Made by a program: the position numbers and the translations under genes. DNA of 64,000 nt from NCBI GenBank assembly GCA_963924565.1, contig OZ004607.1, positions 30,194,001 to 30,258,000 of the forward strand, read 5' to 3'. The notes under the pieces were generated by a model that was not told the origin of the DNA, did not search any database, and worked only from the letters and a program-made list of their open reading frames with translations. Shown here one piece after another: positions 60,401-64,000 of this stretch (its first letter is position 1; each line of letters starts with the position of its first letter). The DNA is from Ascidiella aspersa (lineage: Eukaryota).

Positions 60401-63346
60401 TCGAGAACTCGATGCATGCTTGTTTTCTTTTTCAAACGTGTCTTGCGTTACAGGCAAAATACGGTTAGGCAGTATATTTAGCAACGAGGGATTGTAAAGC
60501 CTACCACCAAAACTTAGGATTTTCAAAACGTTGTAGCTTAAAGGCGTCAAATACTGAAACTTGGGGTGTTCAAAACAGCGTAGGGGTGTCTTGTAACTGC
60601 AAAAGTACGTCCATTTAATCCGATACCATAAGGCAGTAGGGTTGCGCTAAAATAAACGAAGTAGAAAATGCTGTTTCAGATTGCAAATCAAAGCTAAATA
60701 TACGTATCTATTTGATATCTAAGTTGTACCGATACCACCAAGGTATCGGACGTTTGCCGTTACCACTTGGCATCCCTTTCTTTATAATAGAATCTAACAA
60801 AACAAAACAAAAACAGTTTAAAAGCTTGCGTGATCAACCGATCATTCAATGAAGCGACATAATTGTTGATATATTAGAAACAATAAAATATATTTTTGTT
60901 TAAGGTATGGCCGAACACCAAAGCAGCCATACTCTATGAAAGACTACGCTGGTGAAGAGGACGACGGGGATTACAAGCCCCCGTCCTACTCAACCTACTC
61001 CAGACAAAACCACGTTCCAGGCAGAAGGGGGCGGCCCCCAGGTAAAATCTATTCACAAATTGACAATTCTTCAACTTAACCACACTAGTAGACCACAACC
61101 ACAACCCTCTTATTCCTTGTTAAATCGTTTGAGCTGTAAATTAAGCTAACTGTATTACATACACACCTGTGTTTCTGTATTCTTGTACACATCTGCTGTA
61201 TCTTGTTTTCAACTTGCTCCAAGAAAAACGAAATAAAACATTCATTTTCTAAATTTAACATTTAATTTAGGTCTTACGAAGTTCTTGCGGAAAATATATC
61301 AAGGGTAAACCAATTACCTTGTGGTATTGCTAAAAAAAATCAGTCGACGTCCTTATTGTATTTTACGTCGAAGTATTATGGCTTAAAAAAACGTAAGACT
61401 CTTCGCCTAACCTTGGTTGTTCTCGGAAGGTTCGCTGAACCGCGTCAACGTGGACCGACAGGCGGCCGCCTACCGCCGCGCCAACTCGTACGCCACAAAG
61501 ATCGAGGCGCTCAGGGAACAGGAGGAAATGCACTCAGACGACGTTTCCACTGCTAGACTCTCCATCACGGTAAAGCGAATCGCTAGGCTGACGCGGATAT
61601 ATATTTTTAACTACAATCAGAACACTTTGACGTCTTTGTAAATGTATACCAACGCCGACGCGGGGCTAAAACGCATCCTTTTATGGCTAGCTGCACCCCT
61701 CAGAAATGACAAATAGATTGCGGCACCCCTACAAGATTTTTCCGTAGGTAAATCACTAGAATGTCACAATAAACGGAACTGGAACAACAAACATCAACAC
61801 TACACAACGTAGGAAGTTATAATTGGATTTACGCCGCTTTAATTTTAACAAAAAAGTTGTAAGAGTTGAGCAAAATCAGATCCTTAACTGAAATATCTCT
61901 CGGCACCCTTGAGTGTTAGAAATGGCATCCCGGGTGCCGCCTCACCCCGGTTGAGAACACTGCGGTAGGCCGGCGCGAATATTTATATATATTTTAACTA
62001 CACTCCGAACACTTTCTCTGTTTTTAATTCGTATAAACGCCGACGTGGGGCTAAAATCGCAGCATTTAAAAGAAATATACTGTTACCTTTGCCACGCACC
62101 ACCTTTTTTCCTAACGATTTCTTCTGGCAGATAGAAAATTTATAGATATACCAGGAATAAACAAATATTTAACATGAAATAAACTACTACTAAGTGCAGA
62201 CGCTATAGCAATGGTGGGAATTAGCAGCATCGATGACCGTTAAAACTGCAGTTTTCCAAAGTCTTAATTGGAGACTTAAGAATAGAGTTGCGGAGTCGCT
62301 TAAAAAAAATCCAAGTCTAAAGCCGGCCAAAATAATAGAGACTTCCAGGTATACAAGGTGAATAACCCGCTCGATGTTTTTCCTTCAGCCGCAGAAACCT
62401 GCCCTCTCGTCGGTTGAGCAAGCCATCTCGACGCGCCGCAAAAACCGCCTGAGGGAGCTGCTGAGCGCGTGTTCCGAGGACGAGATCATGGAAGTGGCGC
62501 TGCCCCACTTGGCTCGCGTCTTCTCGCTGTGGGAGTTTCTCATTATGAAGGTAAATGTGCTCAGCTGTATGAATGACTGGGTCTGTATGCTGGGTTTGTA
62601 AAGTATACACTTAGCTTGCTCTTTCAAATGTCCTGTTCCTACGCGTTCACTTTGCAGAACACCTTGTGTATAGCATAATTTAAGTATAGATTAAATATTT
62701 TAAGCTAACAGTGGCTAAGCGGCATTAATGCTGAGGCCGTAAGCTTTAAGACTTCGCGTGTTTGTTTTTTTCTGAACAAAGAAATGACTCAAATTGGTGT
62801 CATTGTGTTTTTTAGCAAACCTGCTAGCTCGATACTGTGTGACCTATTTGTAATTTTAAGTATTACGTTTGCGAAGAGAGTATCACTTCTGCTTACCGTT
62901 GACGCAAATTCAAAAGTTACAACTTTGCCGAGGTTGCAAAGTTTCATTTTTTTCGGGCGTGTAAGAAAATAGGTAACAGTAAGACTTTACAGACAATGTT
63001 TTAAAATCTCCAATTGCCCCCATCACAAACTAACCTGTCGTAGTAGGTTTTATTTTTTATTTTTGCTCGTATCGCCATCTATCCGCAAAATATAGCTTAA
63101 TTATTGGCCATCGGTCGTCAAAACTTAATAAATCTCGTCGCTTCTCAGGTGGAAAAGAACAAGCTGAGTCGCGTGTACTTCGCCGATGTGTACAAGGAAT
63201 ACGAGGCGCTGCACAAGTACGTGTGCCGGCTCACTGACAAGTACAAGGAGACCCTGGCAACTAGCAGTGACCCGCAGGCGGCCGAGGATGGCGAGGAGGC
63301 GTTGGAGAAAGACAAGCAGTCCATCGTCACCATTAGATGCAAAAAG
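57403..63346 (+). CDS. Uncharacterised acidic AT-hook protein, paralog B; 3' end not resolved in the window
   Basis: Exons approx. 57403-57472, 57827-57960, 58262-58438, 58755-58875, 59166-59275, 59620-59657, 59791-59875, 59947-60066, 60180-60375 (RKRGRPRK), 60905-61021 (RRGRPP), ~61429-61569, 62389-62550 (RLRELLSACSEDEIMEVALP), 63149-63346. Confidence 0.75.
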
Positions 63347-64000
63347 GTGATAACTGTATTGCTCATTGATGTGTACTCCAACTGCCAACCCTTCCGAGGT
63401 TATTTTTGTGGCCTGTTGTGTCATATTCTGGTTTGGTGTTACTGAAAGAAACAAATCTCAAATATCAATTTATTTTTGAAATCGTTCGCAACAAACGGCG
63501 GCCTGCCGAAATTATTGTCTGAATAGCTTTTATAAACTATACTTATATAAGCAGTCCGTCTTCACCATGATATGCAAAAAGGTGCTTATCTTTTTTTTAA
63601 GTATGTAGACTCTGTGTATTAGACTTGACGATGTTAGTTTTGTCTGATAAGGGTAATCATATTCTTGTTTCAGTAAATGTACTGTTACCATTGCAGCGCA
63701 GCGAACAGGGCGTGCAATAATATCTGTCCATTAAATTTTTTGAGACCCTGGTATTAAGCGCGATCTGACAGCACTGCCGCCAATATATACCTGGCATTAC
63801 ATTTCTCAAATTATTTATCCTTAAAAGCGAAGACGCATTTCGATCAGAATTCAAAGTCATTTGGATTTACCCATAGCACACAATCGCGGTGTCTCCTCGT
63901 CCTCAATATTCGGTCTTCTTGGCTGCCTTCTCAAACATCAATGCACATTGATTTATTGCCCCAGACACCAATGTCGACCGCTTTATATTTACCCGGCCCT

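Noticed and set aside
63870-64000. GC-richer stretch at the right edge that might be an exon
   Set aside because: The frames examined stop early and no similarity was recognised. There is not enough context to call it.

Overview
AT-rich, intron-dense animal genomic DNA. Short GT-AG introns, many MITEs and operon-like gene packing suggest a tunicate-like invertebrate, but the species cannot be determined from the sequence. From left to right: (1) the 5' part of ALDH6A1 (minus strand). (2) Head-to-head with it, a complete 12-exon CatSper1-like sperm Ca2+ channel gene (TLDDW filter); its 5-kb second intron holds a 2-kb foldback, a triplicated ~200-bp repeat and a nested antisense tropomyosin-like ORF. 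(3) Tail-to-tail with CatSper1, a C2CD6/ALS2CR11 (CatSper-tau)-like gene. (4) A tightly packed plus-strand cluster of four intronless PNPO-like flavoenzyme paralogs, all with altered active-site residues, around a sphingosine-1-phosphate phosphatase gene and interrupted by a decayed Chapaev3 transposon. (5) Two divergently transcribed paralogous acidic AT-hook genes, separated by a near-intact 7.7-kb CACTA/EnSpm element. The top candidates for something new are the non-canonical PNPO x4 plus SGPP operon-like cluster and the physically linked CatSper1/CatSper-tau pair. Exon coordinates and family assignments were made by eye, without database searches.
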